Shown here one piece after another: positions 42,744 through 55,615 of a stretch of DNA of 64,000 nucleotides. The notes under the pieces were generated by a model that was given only the letters and a program-made list of their open reading frames with translations, ran no database searches and was not told where the DNA came from. Position numbers and translations under genes: made by a program. Numbering within the stretch: position 1 is the first letter of the stretch; each line of letters opens with the position of its first letter. The DNA is from Azolla caroliniana (Eukaryota; Plantae; Polypodiophyta). The stretch lies in assembly GCA_043228905.1 (NCBI GenBank), contig JBHGNT010000008.1, positions 17,050,001 to 17,114,000 on the forward strand. The letters run 5' to 3'.

Positions 42744-45131
42744 ATGGCTACGAGGTCCAACCTCTCCAACCTCGCTGCCCTTCTCAGACATAGCAAATCC
42801 CTGTGTCAAGGTAAGCTTCTCCATAACCACCTCGCCCTCCATGCATTCGATCTTGTCACCTTCCTCACCAACTGCCTCATCGAGATGTATGGCAACTGTG
42901 GAAGCATCCCCGATGCTCGCTCTGTTTTTGACCACATCCAAAACCCTAACCTTTACTCGTGGAACCTCATGTTGAGAGCTTACGCCCATAATGGGGACGT
43001 ACACAATGCTCAAGCATTGTTCAATCTCACTCCTCATCCGGATGTATACACATGGAACATTCTCATGAAAGCATACATAAAGGAAGCATGCTTAGATGAT
43101 GCAAGAAGAGTGTTTAATACAATGCCATGTCATAATGTGGTATCTTGGACAGCCATGATTGCTGCTCTGTCACATGGTGGCTATGGTCAAGAGGCTTTAA
43201 TGCTTTTCTATGGTATGTATGTGAGAGGAAATGTGGTTCCAGATAGCCTTACTTTTCTTCGGGCTCTAGATGCCTGTTCAGCGATCTCAGCCCTCGTTGT
43301 AGGTCAAGAAATCCATGCTTCTATCATTGAACAAGGGTTTGATCAACATGTCGTGGTCGGGACAGCACTTGTTAGTATGTATGGAAAGTGTAAGAATCTC
43401 TCACAGGCAAGGGCTGTCTTTATACGAATGAAAACCAAAGATATTGTCTGTTGGACTGCATTTGTGACTGCTTGTACACAAAATGAAATGTATAACGAGG
43501 CCTTTGTTATCTTCCTTGAGATGCAATCTCAACATCTGAAACTAGATAACTTTATATTTGTTTGTGCCCTCGATGCATGTAGTGGCCTTAGTTTTCTTCA
43601 AGAAGGGAAGCAGATACATGCTTCTATTGTTGAGGCTGGGAGTGAACAGGATTTCATGATGGGAACTGCACTCGTAAATTTCTATGGGAAGTGCGGAAGC
43701 CTTTTGGATGCAAAAATTGTTTTTGAACGAATGTCTAGTCGAGACGTGGTTTCATGGAATGCAATGATTTCACTATTGGTTGAAATCGGGGGTAGTGAAG
43801 ATGCCCTGTCTCTCTTTTGGCGTATGCAATCACAAGCTATTAAGCCTGACCATATAACGTTTATCTCTGCCTTGCATGCATGTAGTAACTTAACTTTAAT
43901 TGAGGAGGGGCTAGAAATCCACACATTCATTGTTGAGTATGGTCATGACCATGATATAACGCTTCTCAATTCCCTCATTAATGTGTATGGAAAGTGTGGA
44001 ACTTTACATAATGCCATGAGCATTTTTAACAATATGATCCATCGAGATGCTATCACATACAATGTTCTGATTTCAGTCTACATAAGTAATGACCTTGTAG
44101 ATGAGATTTTGGATGTATTTTGCCAAATGCAACATGTGTCAATAAATCCAGACAACATCACCTTTACATATGTGATCGATGCATGTGGAATGGATGTGGA
44201 TCATAGAAAAGGACATGTGATTCATGGAAATATTGTTGAAAATGCATACGACTTGGATCCTATGATAAACTCCGCCCTTGTCAAGATGTATGGAAAATCT
44301 AAGAGTCTTGATGATGCCAAATATATTTTTGATAAAATGCCAGATGTGGATATCGTTTCTTGGACATCCATGATTGGTGCTAATGTTGATAATGGATGCA
44401 ATGAAGAAGCACTTGATCTTTTCCATCAAATGCAACTGAAAGGCATACAGCCAGATAGTACTTCATTTGTATGTACGCTTGATGCTTGCGCTAGTCTTGC
44501 AGCATTAGATAAAGGAGAGGAAATCCATGCTGCAGTTATGGATAACAGATGTGAAGGAGATTTAATAGTAAGAAATGCACTGATCAACATGTATGGAAAG
44601 TGTGGTAATCTACAAAAGGCTCATAGGCTTTTTAATGCTTCATCTCACCCGAACATAGCCACTTGGAACGCATTGATTGCAGCATTTTCCCACAATGGGC
44701 ATGGAGTCAAGGCCTTGGAATATTTCTATAAGATGCAATCAGAAGGCATAAATCCAGATGAAATAACATTTGTCTCTATCCTTACTGCTTGCAGTCATGC
44801 AGGGTGGATCGATGACGGCCGGGAATACTTCATATTCATGAAAAGATACTTCGATGTAATATATACACAAGATCATTACGTTTGCATGATTGATCTTTTG
44901 GGGCGTGCCGGTAGACTAGAAGAAGCACAATACATGATAAATGAACTTTCTATTGAGAAGGCAGATGTGGCATGGCTATGTTTGCTTGGTGCATGTAAGA
45001 TTCATGATGACTATGAAAGGGGTGTCTATGCTGCCCAGAGATTATTCAATTTAAGCCCAAATAGTGCAACACCCTATGTTATGCTTGCAAATATGTCTGC
45101 TGCTGCTGCTAGGAAGTGGGATACGGTGTAG
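42744..45131 (+). CDS. PLS-class pentatricopeptide repeat protein, intronless, ending within the E domain (no DYW)
   Basis: Repeated LxxMYGKCG / VVSWNAMI / PDxITF triplets; HYVCMIDLLGRAGRL, WLCLLGACKIH, PYVMLANM. Confidence 0.92.
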   Translation: MATRSNLSNLAALLRHSKSLCQGKLLHNHLALHAFDLVTFLTNCLIEMYGNCGSIPDARSVFDHIQNPNLYSWNLMLRAYAHNGDVHNAQALFNLTPHPDVYTWNILMKAYIKEACLDDARRVFNTMPCHNVVSWTAMIAALSHGGYGQEALMLFYGMYVRGNVVPDSLTFLRALDACSAISALVVGQEIHASIIEQGFDQHVVVGTALVSMYGKCKNLSQARAVFIRMKTKDIVCWTAFVTACTQNEMYNEAFVIFLEMQSQHLKLDNFIFVCALDACSGLSFLQEGKQIHASIVEAGSEQDFMMGTALVNFYGKCGSLLDAKIVFERMSSRDVVSWNAMISLLVEIGGSEDALSLFWRMQSQAIKPDHITFISALHACSNLTLIEEGLEIHTFIVEYGHDHDITLLNSLINVYGKCGTLHNAMSIFNNMIHRDAITYNVLISVYISNDLVDEILDVFCQMQHVSINPDNITFTYVIDACGMDVDHRKGHVIHGNIVENAYDLDPMINSALVKMYGKSKSLDDAKYIFDKMPDVDIVSWTSMIGANVDNGCNEEALDLFHQMQLKGIQPDSTSFVCTLDACASLAALDKGEEIHAAVMDNRCEGDLIVRNALINMYGKCGNLQKAHRLFNASSHPNIATWNALIAAFSHNGHGVKALEYFYKMQSEGINPDEITFVSILTACSHAGWIDDGREYFIFMKRYFDVIYTQDHYVCMIDLLGRAGRLEEAQYMINELSIEKADVAWLCLLGACKIHDDYERGVYAAQRLFNLSPNSATPYVMLANMSAAAARKWDTV

Positions 45132-45775
45132 CTCACTAAAAGAAAAAGTTTATAGCAGCAGCACATAGCACCTTTCTGGAGATACATTTGCAGCATAATA
45201 CAATTGATGCTCAGGTGGCATGGGTCACAAGGAAGAGGTTGGATTACTCTGTTGAGTGGCATGTATTGAGTGCACCACATAAACCCAGTTGTCAATCCAT
45301 CGAGTAGGGTTTTGTGACATGTTTTACTTCAATGTGCTCTTAAGAAGAAATAGAAAGCAGATATTAATGAACCTATGTGACAGGTGATGACCAATGAATA
45401 TAGCCACTTCTTGTGCCTAAGCCATCACAATCAGAGTAGCACATATGAAGGGCTACTTTGTATTGAATTGAACTTGCATATGACAGCCCAAACCGTAAAC
45501 TGGGACAAGTTTCTGAGCAATCAACCAAATTACAGAAACTGAATGGAATAATATACCTGTCCTATTCACAAAATCAATGGAAAATGCTGTCCAGAAACAG
45601 ATTGATAAGATAAACCAGAGCTCAGGGAGGTTTATGATATATACAGAACTTCATGCACAAAAACTACAGTGAATATGAAGAGGGATCGATCATGAATGCT
45701 CAAAGGACCGACATTAAGATGGATCAATTGGTTACAAATGCCAACTAAATGTGGAAGATTGGAAATATGTGCATG

Positions 45776-46020
45776 TAGGACTCGGTAACAGTTCGATTTC
45801 AGCTTAACCAGTTTGGAAGCTTTCAAACTTGAACCAAAATGGTTCCTAAACTGGTTAAGGTTTGAACAAACTGTTTCGCCTTAACCAATTTGGCCCAATC
45901 TGGTTCGGCTCGGCCTGAGCCTTGCAAACCAGTTTACAAAGCTCAAGCCTGAACCAAGCCAAGCTGCAAAACCGTTTAACAGCTCGGTTTAGGCTTGAAC
46001 CGAGACATTGCTGACTCCTA
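45776..46020. mobile_element. MITE copy 1 (TAGGA..TCCTA ends, AACCG/CGGTT-rich)
   Basis: Imperfect terminal inverted repeats; similar to 55975-56240 and 50298-50460. Confidence 0.7.
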
Positions 46021-47091
46021 ATTACATGGACTAAGTTGTAAAAGGATGTATGTACACATCTAATGCTTAATGATGAGATATAGGGAAAATTGTTACCACC
46101 CTACACTGGTTATTATTCAAGTGAAGAAGGTGATGTATTGTGCACTTACCCTGTAGTATTCATGGTTGCCTGAGGTTAGTGAAACCTAAACACAAATTTT
46201 GGTTTGGAGGAATGATTGGTGAACCCTCTGAACAGTCCATGGTTGACATGTGCAGATAGCACATAAAATGACAAGAGCATTTTACATAGTAAGTAAAAAT
46301 CAGCGCAATAGAAAACCTGAAAGTTAATTCCAAACTGTCAGAAGAGTGAAGTAGAGGAATTGCAGCAAAGCCATCCCAGCCTATTCATCTTCCAAGCTCC
46401 TTTGGTCGGAAGATAATAACCTTCTTGCAAAGCACACAATCTGAACAGCGTCCCATTTAAATTTGTTGAAAATGAGGGGCATTATTTACAAGGTGCTTGT
46501 GTGTATATCGAAGAATGATGGGACCAATAACTATCTATATTCACAATTAGTAAACAATATATAAATCATTTGATGGAAGAGGAGAAAAAAGAAAAAAGAA
46601 CAAAGGACAAATGAAAACATGCTAAGGATTAGTAAGATACAAGTATATACATTAAAAAATGACACATAACACAAATTATAGATAACAATATTAAAAGATG
46701 AGAATAGAATTTCTATTTTTCATTAAAATTTTGCCACCCCAAAGTCATTGAGAAACTTAATCTAAACATAATTTTAAAATGAAACAAGTGATAGTTTTCA
46801 CATGGACATGAATTCCATCTCTCTTTTGTAGATCTACAATAGAGCCAAGCTGAGGCTTTTATGAATGTGTGGATTTGTGTTCACTGAACAAATATGAAAA
46901 ATTTGTATTTATTGCGAGAAAAGGAGAGAACCCTAAGTCAATATGTTACAGTCAAATCCCTCAATGGGCAGCTTATCTTGGATTAAATCATTGGCTGAAT
47001 ATCACCAATTTATGTATGTAAGAGAAAGAAACTGGCTGACTCATCTCAATATATCCTACAACTGACTCGCCTTGATTGACGAGAATGCCTT

Positions 47092-50000
47092 TCAGTTATC
47101 TGCATCCAACTCTGGCTTCTTTATCATTATTACTCTCAAAAAACTCCACATGAAAGTAGAACCCAAGAAAAGCCCAATACCTACTAGCAATGCATATTTG
47201 AAACCTAGATTTACTAACAAATTCACTAGAACCCCTGCCATGACCACACCCAAAAAATTCGCAGAAACGGCATCCCAAAAATTCATTCCTAACACAGAAG
47301 AAGCCATGGCGCCTGTCCAAGCTCCTGTCCCAGGAAATGGAACTGCAACAAATAACATTAATCCTAACCACTTGAATTCCTGTATTGGTCCAGCTTTCTT
47401 CCTTGTCGATTCGAAAATCATATCTACTATCTTCTTTGCAGTTGAACTTCTTGATGACAAAAAATTGGCTAGCTTTGCCATATATAGTACAATGAATGGA
47501 ACTGGTACCATATTCCTGTGGTCAAAATAAATAATTGCCATAATGGAATGATATCACAAGGCACATAGACATATGTTTTACTAAAAAACGTTTCTGTTTC
47601 TCGAAATTACTTCTATATGTTTGTTTGGTCAAAACAAGAGGAATCAATTAAAGTTCTCAGATTCTTCGTCATGCTTCTACGATATTACAAAGTGTATAAT
47701 ATGCTGTATCGCTCTAAAATGATCTCTATATGCTTGGTAAAATATGTTTCCGTAAAGACTTATAAATTTGAGAAATCTCTCTTTGATGCCCTAATCTCTT
47801 GTTCACAAGATTTGAGAATCACCAATCAAGCATATAGAAACAATTTCAAGAAAAGATACAGCAATTATTTTTATATCAAACATACTTTTTTAATATCTGA
47901 GAAACATAACCATATATATTTCCATATTTTTCCATCAAAGTAACAGGGTCTAGCATAAATCTGATAGAGAATCAGGGATATTCAGCAGGTCATGAACTTA
48001 CCCTAGAATTGATAACACCGAAAGTTTGAGAGGATCCAGTTGCATCCAATAACCTACAGGGATGGCCCCACGTAGTTCCAAGACAGGAAGCATTGCCATG
48101 AAGAAAACAATAGCCTCATCTGGCCATCCAGTTTGACGTAAAAACGAAGCAATTTTAAGACCAAGATGAGAAGCTTTAATGGTAGCCTCTGAAGCTTGGG
48201 CACTTCCACAAAATAGACCGGTTGAAATTGAGAGAATGCCAAGGGATATTATGATGCTTTTTAGCGATGAATGTATCAGTTGTACACTATTGGAATTTTT
48301 AGAATCTGAAAAACAGTTTTCTGCAGGTGATTGACTTGTGCTCTTATTAAATTTTCCCTGTATCACCTATAATGAACACATGGAACACAAAATTACATAA
48401 ACTGCAACTGACCTTCATTGGTGAAAAATCAGAGTCTTAACTTAATAAAAATACAATTTTGACATGCCATCCATTGGTGTTTAAATACTAAAATATTGCA
48501 ATGAATGTTCGTGAGACCACCTTCATAAGTTTTAGCAATCTCCCAGTCACAGCATGATCAATGCAACTAAAGCACAAAGGAAATATTCAATTAGTTAAGA
48601 GAGAAACAGGATGTTTTGTACAATAACATAGTCTTCTGAAAAGTGGCAATCATGTAGAAACATACAGCTAGAGACAACGTGTATACAAATATGCGACCTA
48701 GATGGTGGTCAATGATGTTGTTGTTGGCTGGATGGTCATTTATTTTTTCTTCCTCTTCTTTCTAACATTATCATAGGTCAATGTCTTGGGACCCTTGGAG
48801 CCAATTGTGTTTATTTCATTGTTCATTTTCGAACTGTGACTCTTAACATATCATTATCATCTATGTCTCAGCATCTTCGCACAAAGAAAGGCATTTGTCT
48901 TTGTACCATACCCTATATCCTCATTGATATCTCAGCATCTTTGTACTTGGAAAGTTGTTTTGTCTTTGTGCCATAGTTCATTTTGATATTTTAAAGACTC
49001 TAATACATCATCACATCAGTGTCCCAGCACCTTGCACTAGGAATGACACTTGTCTTTGGTCCATAGTCAATTTTCAAATTCTGTAGGAGATGATAAATCA
49101 TTATCATCAATATTCCAGCACCATTGCACTTCCAAAGACATTTTTCTAATGTTTTCTAGACTCTAATACCTTCACACTCTTGTACTTGGCAAGATGCTAT
49201 CTTTATGCCATTACATATATATATTGATATTATAGAGTCTAATACATCAACTCTTACTCCCCAGCAATGTCAATGCCACTAGTGTACCAAGAAAATTGGC
49301 AAATTTCTACAAGAAAAATCAGAAGCCTCCATTGAGTAATAAGAATAAATAATGCATTCATTTGCAAACACGGGGTATTTTTCTTTATGTAGGATAGCTG
49401 TATAAAAATTTATGTGGTCATACTAACGAAAAGACTCTAGTGTGACAAGAAAGACTGGTGGAAGAAAAACAGATTTTATCAATTGTGAACTACGAATCAC
49501 AGAACCAGCATCTTCCTAACTCTGGTATCATTACACTCTTCATTTCAGAAGATTATTTTAGAAACCATTTAAGATTTTATGCAACCAGAAATGCACAAAA
49601 AAGGCCAACAAATCAAGCGATTTTCTAGAACCAAAATAGTATTCATTAATCAATCAACAATGCACTGTACAACAAGGAAATACGCAATGTTCTACGAGAA
49701 AAACCAATTTCTTTTGAGCAACAAGAACTCATAGATTATCATCTGCAAGATTTTGCATTATAAGCATTCACGTTTAAGTCGTTTTTTAAGAGCTCATTCA
49801 GGGTTTACTCAACCATACGTACAACAATAATCGAAAAAAATCTCAAGAAGGAAGTAAAGTTAAACTCACATCATATATTTGACAGTCCAAAAAAGGATTT
49901 GCGCTTACAGAACTCTGAAGGTACTCAGATTGGTGCAGAAGATTCGCACCTGTAAAGGAGAAAAAAACCAGACAATAAAAGCTCTGAAAAAACGAAGGTG

Positions 50001-50257
50001 TTTTAGAACAGATAAAAACCATGAGATTATCCAAAAGAACCTTTTGTTTTTCCTTCCTGAGAATCGATCGGTTGGAATGCATAAACTGGTAAAGAAGGAG
50101 ACGAAGGACGGAAAGAAGCAGAAGGCAGGGGGGAAATGCAGGTCCGATGCTTTGCGAAAGAGTGGGGACGAAGAAAACGAGGAGGCGGAGCCGATATGGT
50201 GAAGCCGTCTGAGCGAGCGTGCTGGAGGAGGATCAGACTGGAAGAGGCGACAGCCAT
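47092..50257 (-). CDS. Small multidrug export-family membrane protein, probably plastid-targeted; exons 50257-50041, 49949-49909, 48366-48002, 47515-47092 (348 aa)
   Basis: LPVLELRGAIPVG, GNMVPVPF, FVAVPFPGTGAWTG motifs; all three introns GT-AG with compatible phases; Ser/Pro/Arg-rich N-terminus. Confidence 0.9.
48835..49270. repeat. Degenerate ~70-90 bp tandem repeat inside intron 2
   Basis: Recurring atcat..cagca(c/t)..tgcac/tgtac..tgtctttg..ccata blocks. Confidence 0.6.
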
Positions 50258-50297
50258 GGCTACTGCGGCTGCAGTTGCCTGATGCCTCCTGCGTGGA

Positions 50298-50460
50298 AGG
50301 TTTAGGCTAACCGGTTTAACCAAGCCAATTAAACCTTAACTGGCTTGGAAACCGGTTGGGCCCAAATCGGTTCGGTTCGGTTGAGCCAGCCCGAACCGAA
50401 CCGAACCTCAGAAGGTTTAACGGGTCGGTTTAGGCTTGAGTCGAGCCGTTTTCGATTCCT
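50298..50460. mobile_element. Partial MITE copy directly upstream of the exporter gene start
   Basis: Ends ..cggtttaggcttgagtcgagccgttttcgattcct, matching the termini of the other two copies. Confidence 0.65.
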
Positions 50461-53400
50461 CCTGTCCTAGCATGTATTCATCAGCCTTTCGTTTGCATGG
50501 ATTTGTGCTTGCTTGTATGAAAATCGCTTTCATGGAATCGATGTACGCTCTCTTTTTCCCCAAACCCTCCAACATCATGTGACCGAGCCACCATAATGGT
50601 TTCCATGCATCACACGATCCGCGTCTCTTGTCGCGCCTTGCTCCTGTCCTTTTCTAGCTTGATCCATGTCTTTGTTGAATGATTATACCATCCTCATCCT
50701 CTTTTTAACATCATGCTTTGGTGAAGGTTAATTGAGGACTAAGATTTTGGGGTGGGGGTGGGTGTTCGTATACCATTAGGTATACATGTATAAGATGCAT
50801 ATGTAGAAGGTATACATGTATAAAAAGTTTAACTAGATGGTCCCTTCTATTTGAGGATCTCCCACATGGATGGATGTGGTCGAAAAAGCCTTGACAATGA
50901 TCCACCTCCCAACCTAACTAAGTCAATTCTTCTCCCAAATTATCCTCCATCTGTTGATGTTAGTGGAGTTATTATATATATGGAGGAATAAGAAATGATA
51001 TTGATAGTTTATGTTTAAGAGTCAAGTGTGGAAGCAATGTATACATGTTCATTTAGCATAGTAAAATATTCTTGCAAAGGGTCAATCCAAGGAATTGGTT
51101 TAGTAGATACTTTGACTTATTACAAATAGATTTTTATTGGAAATTAACAAAACCAATTCCCAAATGGTTGCTCCCAAATTTAATTTACATGGTCGATAAT
51201 TAAATGTTTCAAATCTTTTGAAAAAGTCACAATTTGATGCTTTGGCAAAGAAATGTTTGTCTCACAATGTTTGCAAGACAAAACGAACACAAGTGTAATG
51301 TTCATCCAAAGTATGATTATATGAGAATATTATAGAAGAAAACGACGACAAAATGACAAAGTTGATCTCGAAAAATGCCAATCATTTCTTGTTGAAAAGT
51401 GGTTGAACCATTAGTCAAACTAAATGGCATGGCAAAAAAGTCAGAATGGTCATAACACATATAAAATGCGGTTTTAGGAATATCTTCCTCAACAATTCTT
51501 GTTTGATGGTAGTCTCTTCGGAGATCAATTTTGGTAAAATATCAAGCACTGTGCATACGACCAATCAAACCGTAAGCACGTAGCAATGGATACAAATTTT
51601 TTAATAGTCACTTTATTTAGACAAAAACAATAAACACACCACCTTCTCCATGTTCCTTCTTCTCTTTTGACTAAGATAATCGTTGCGTCTACCCCAAGGC
51701 GATTTATTGTAAGTTGAAGTAACAAGTGGGACACATCCTTGAATAATCTTTATGTTGTGTAACAATCTCATTGCCCTCAAATCGACCAATATGATAAGGT
51801 CAAATTCTCACAACAACACCTGATATGAGATTTATTTTATGCTCAACATTATGTTTAAGTGGTAATCCAAGTAGTGGCTCCTTAAGGAAACATATTTGTC
51901 TATTTATGATTAAATCAAGTAATCTCTATGAAGATGAAAAAGTATTGATTCACATCAACAATAAAATGGTAATATTAAAATGTAGGAACAATCACACAAC
52001 AATAAAATAGAAAATATGAATACTTAATTAAAGATTTGGAAAAGCCATATGAGTTTTTGAAGGAATCTTTGTACATTGAATAAAGTGTGTAACACTATTA
52101 AGTGCAAAAGCTGTCGAATGGTCAATCCAATAAATGGATCAAGAGTAGTTTTTCTTATAAAGGCATGTATATTAACATAGTTTTACATCAATAGATCTCA
52201 GTTTCATCACATGAAGATCAAGCTTTTCTACAAAGGAATCCATACAAATTAACAATTGATAAGGTACACCATCGATGGATTATATTCCTCCATATCCCAA
52301 GTGAACTCTATAAATGTGATCACCTATATCTATTCATAACAACAAAAAAAGGGCATAGGGATTTGGAAACACATCGTTATGCATGTCGATAACCTTGCCA
52401 CTTCTTTATCTCGCTAAATAACATGTAGATAAAACTTGCAACCAAAATTATCTCGTTATGCATGTAACTCCAAGTCTGACAAGCAATCAAACATATTATA
52501 TGAGAATTATCTTCCACTTGAATAGTGGAAAAGAGGCAATTGCCTATTATTAGTGTATATATCACTTTAGAGCTAAATCCCAAAGGCAAATCCCCCGATC
52601 AACATGACAACCTTTGCTACAAGTGGCAATTTAGAATGCCAACTACATTTCTCTATCCACCACCATCCATAATTAGAGTTATGTACCTTCCATCCCCCCT
52701 CTCTCTATGCAAATACTAATGTATGACTTTGGAAAGTCAAAATACAATCTATGGAATATTATATCCTATTGATTCACCACAAAATCAATCAGATTCCCAT
52801 GTCATTCTTCATCTCTACATATATCATCATGGACCTATTTAGTTCCATGTGATTAAGACCAATGCAAATGATTGAGATTATGCCATGCCAACCTACAAGT
52901 CCCTAATTCCTCTTGTGACAACCTCCATGAAGTTTCCAACACGTAAAACCATTCTAACAATATGCCTTTTAATCGTCAAATGTGTCTTTAAACTCTGTTG
53001 AGGATAGAAAACAAAGGCATTACAAATTGCTACCAGAAAAGGAGCATAAGAGGAACCCTCATTTATATGGGAGAGAAATCGACCTTAGATATTGAAAGGC
53101 TATCTTGAAATGTGGGGAAGGCATTCTCAATTGTGCATGACCAAACACCTATTGAAATGGAGATTTCCACGCTCTGTATATAAAAGCCCATCCTAAAGAT
53201 ATAAATGTCTAGATGGCCCTTGCCATTATACTATTGATAAATCAATATAGACTATGTTGGTCTGAAATATGCAAAACAACCATGTTCAAGAAGCAATTCT
53301 CTCTCTCACTCACTCTCTCTCTCTTTGATTGATTGTTTAAAAGTATGTTTCGTGTGCACATAATAATCTAGCCTAGTGTTGCATAGATTCCATGCATGTA

Positions 53401-54191
53401 TTCTATTGGAACATGCACTTGCCAACCTTTGTAGGTATTATGTTCCATATAAAATAACATTGGTATCAAACCTCTCATGTGCTCAACTCCACTAAGTTAC
53501 ATGTAACTTCGTTTCTTGATAAAGCAAACCCTCCTAGGGAGTGTATTCGCAACAAGGAATACCGAAAGGACTTACAAACGACGGGCCGGACGTGCATACT
53601 CGATTCTTTGCGTGTGAATGGCACTTGAGCAGTGATGCAAACAATTAGGGCATGTGTGTGCGTAGGGCATGTGTGCGCGCACACGCACATACATGAGCAA
53701 CACACTATAAAATAGATAGCATCACGTAGTATATATTTATATATATACTATATAATATACATATACTGTACATCCATACACACACACATATGTATATATA
53801 TGATACACATATCTATATGTATGTATGTATGTATACATATTGTGGTGTATATGTATATGTTGGTATAGGAAAAGATAGATAGTCAATAGATAGGCACGCG
53901 AGTGTTAGGTAGTAGGAACGAGTATGTTAAAGAGTATTAATTACACGAAGATTTACCAACTTATTGGGGGGGAGTGAGGAATGCGGCCCCAAATGCAAGG
54001 GTAATAAGTAGTATTATTGGACATGGTAGTGCCATGTATGTAGTTAATTAATTACTGAGACAGACAGACGTAGGCGCGGATAGATATGTAGATGATAGGT
54101 ATAAAGGTAGTGAGGTTCAAGGTAGGGTTGCTCTTGCTTGCTGCAGGGTGACCGACCGTCTTCAGATTCATGATGAGGTGGGGGGGGGTAT

Positions 54192-54899
54192 TCAAGGTAG
54201 GGTGGCCCTCACGCTGGCGGCGAGGGCATCCACTTCGGACTGGTAAATGCCGAAGGTATTCTGGAGCACGATCCCTGGCAGGGGTGGGTTGGCGGCGAAG
54301 AGGGCCACCGCGAGCTGAGAGACGCCTGGGTTCTGGCTGTTGAGGGCGGCGATGGCCAGGGCGGGGATCCGCCTGTCGGGGTTGATCTGGAAGTGGGGGA
54401 GGCCACGGGGGAAGATGAAGAGATCGCCCGGGTAGAGCGTGGCCTGGAAGAGGGTGGCGTTGGTGGTGGAGACGAAGCCAACGATGAGGGTGCCCTGGGC
54501 CAGGAAGAGGACCTCGGTGGCGCGCGGGTGGACGTGGGGTGGGTTGAGTCCCTTGGGCGGGAAGTCGATGCGGGCGATGGACAGGCCCTGCGTGTTGAGC
54601 CCAGGGAAGTTGTTGACGGAGGCCAGAGTGACGATGGCCCGTGGGAAGTTGGTGGGCGGGGCCGGCGCGCCGCCCGTCCGGAGCAGCGTGGACGTGAAGT
54701 CCTGGGCGGTCACGGCGGCGGCCGGCTTGCACGTGCGGCCGTTGACGATCACGGCGTCGACGGCGGCGGCCACGCAGAAGTCTTGTAGAGGGTCCTCGTC
54801 CGCGGCGGACGCCAGCTGGGCTGGGGATGTTAGGCACAAAAAGGCCAGGAGGAGGAGCAGCATGCTGAGAGACAGACTGGCGGGAACGGATGATGCCAT
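54192..54899 (-). CDS. Germin-like protein (cupin), intronless, with signal peptide
   Basis: DEDPLQDFCVA, GLNPPHVHPRATE, GDLFIFPRGLPHFQ germin boxes; hydrophobic leader. Confidence 0.95.
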   Translation of the reverse strand: MASSVPASLSLSMLLLLLAFLCLTSPAQLASAADEDPLQDFCVAAAVDAVIVNGRTCKPAAAVTAQDFTSTLLRTGGAPAPPTNFPRAIVTLASVNNFPGLNTQGLSIARIDFPPKGLNPPHVHPRATEVLFLAQGTLIVGFVSTTNATLFQATLYPGDLFIFPRGLPHFQINPDRRIPALAIAALNSQNPGVSQLAVALFAANPPLPGIVLQNTFGIYQSEVDALAASVRATLP

Positions 54900-55069
54900 T
54901 GGAATGGGTACTACTACAGTTACTAATCAAATTATCAAAGTATGTATCTATGTATGTATGTATGAATGTAATGTAATGTATGTATGTGTAGAAGGTTGGG
55001 ATTGGTTTACTTAAGTGTATGTATGGAAGAGTTGGCTTTGATGATGTTAGGCCTCCTGAAAACCCTACA

Positions 55070-55147
55070 TTTATATAGAGATATTACACACAGAGAGAAT
55101 GAGAGAGATATTATTCTCTGTGGGTGTGTGTCTCTGTCAAGTGTCTC
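55070..55147 (-). promoter_or_regulatory. Germin-like gene promoter: TATA box and a TGTC cluster
   Basis: TATATAAA on - at 55070-55077; TGTCTC 55129-55134, TGTCAA 55135-55140, TGTCTC 55142-55147. Confidence 0.5.
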
Positions 55148-55615
55148 GTTGGTTACTTATTGCGTGAGGCTATAAGCTATGAGGAACGTAGTCATTGTTG
55201 TTTTCGTGGGGTTTCGGGAGTGGGGACCGGGGGGAAATGCATGTGGTAATTGAAATTTGTATCTTTCTTTTGTGACATTGTGTGAAATTTATTACAGAAT
55301 GCACTAAACCCTAAACCATAATACGAAGAAGAAGAAGAAGTAGCGCGATCTTGCAAAGAAAGATAAGCAATACACACACACACATATGCATGCATGTACT
55401 ACATTGTATTGTAATTTATCAGATGTATGTATGTATGTATGTGAAGAACATTTCCATATTGTTGCTGAAGTGCGTGGGAAGAAGTAAAAGCACGTGGGGC
55501 CGTTTTGGGGATGTGGAGTGAGAGTGCAACACACATTCATAGATACATACATACATACATACATACATACATTAACACAATTATATATTTTTTGACGCAA
55601 TTGTATGTATACGTT

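Noticed and set aside
51500-53480. Possible ancient retroelement remnant with PBS-like tggtatcaaa near 53461
   Set aside because: No LTR pair or convincing protein motif could be identified
54052-55014. Overlapping 292-aa and 191-aa ORFs at the germin locus
   Set aside because: Shadow frames caused by high GC; no recognisable motifs
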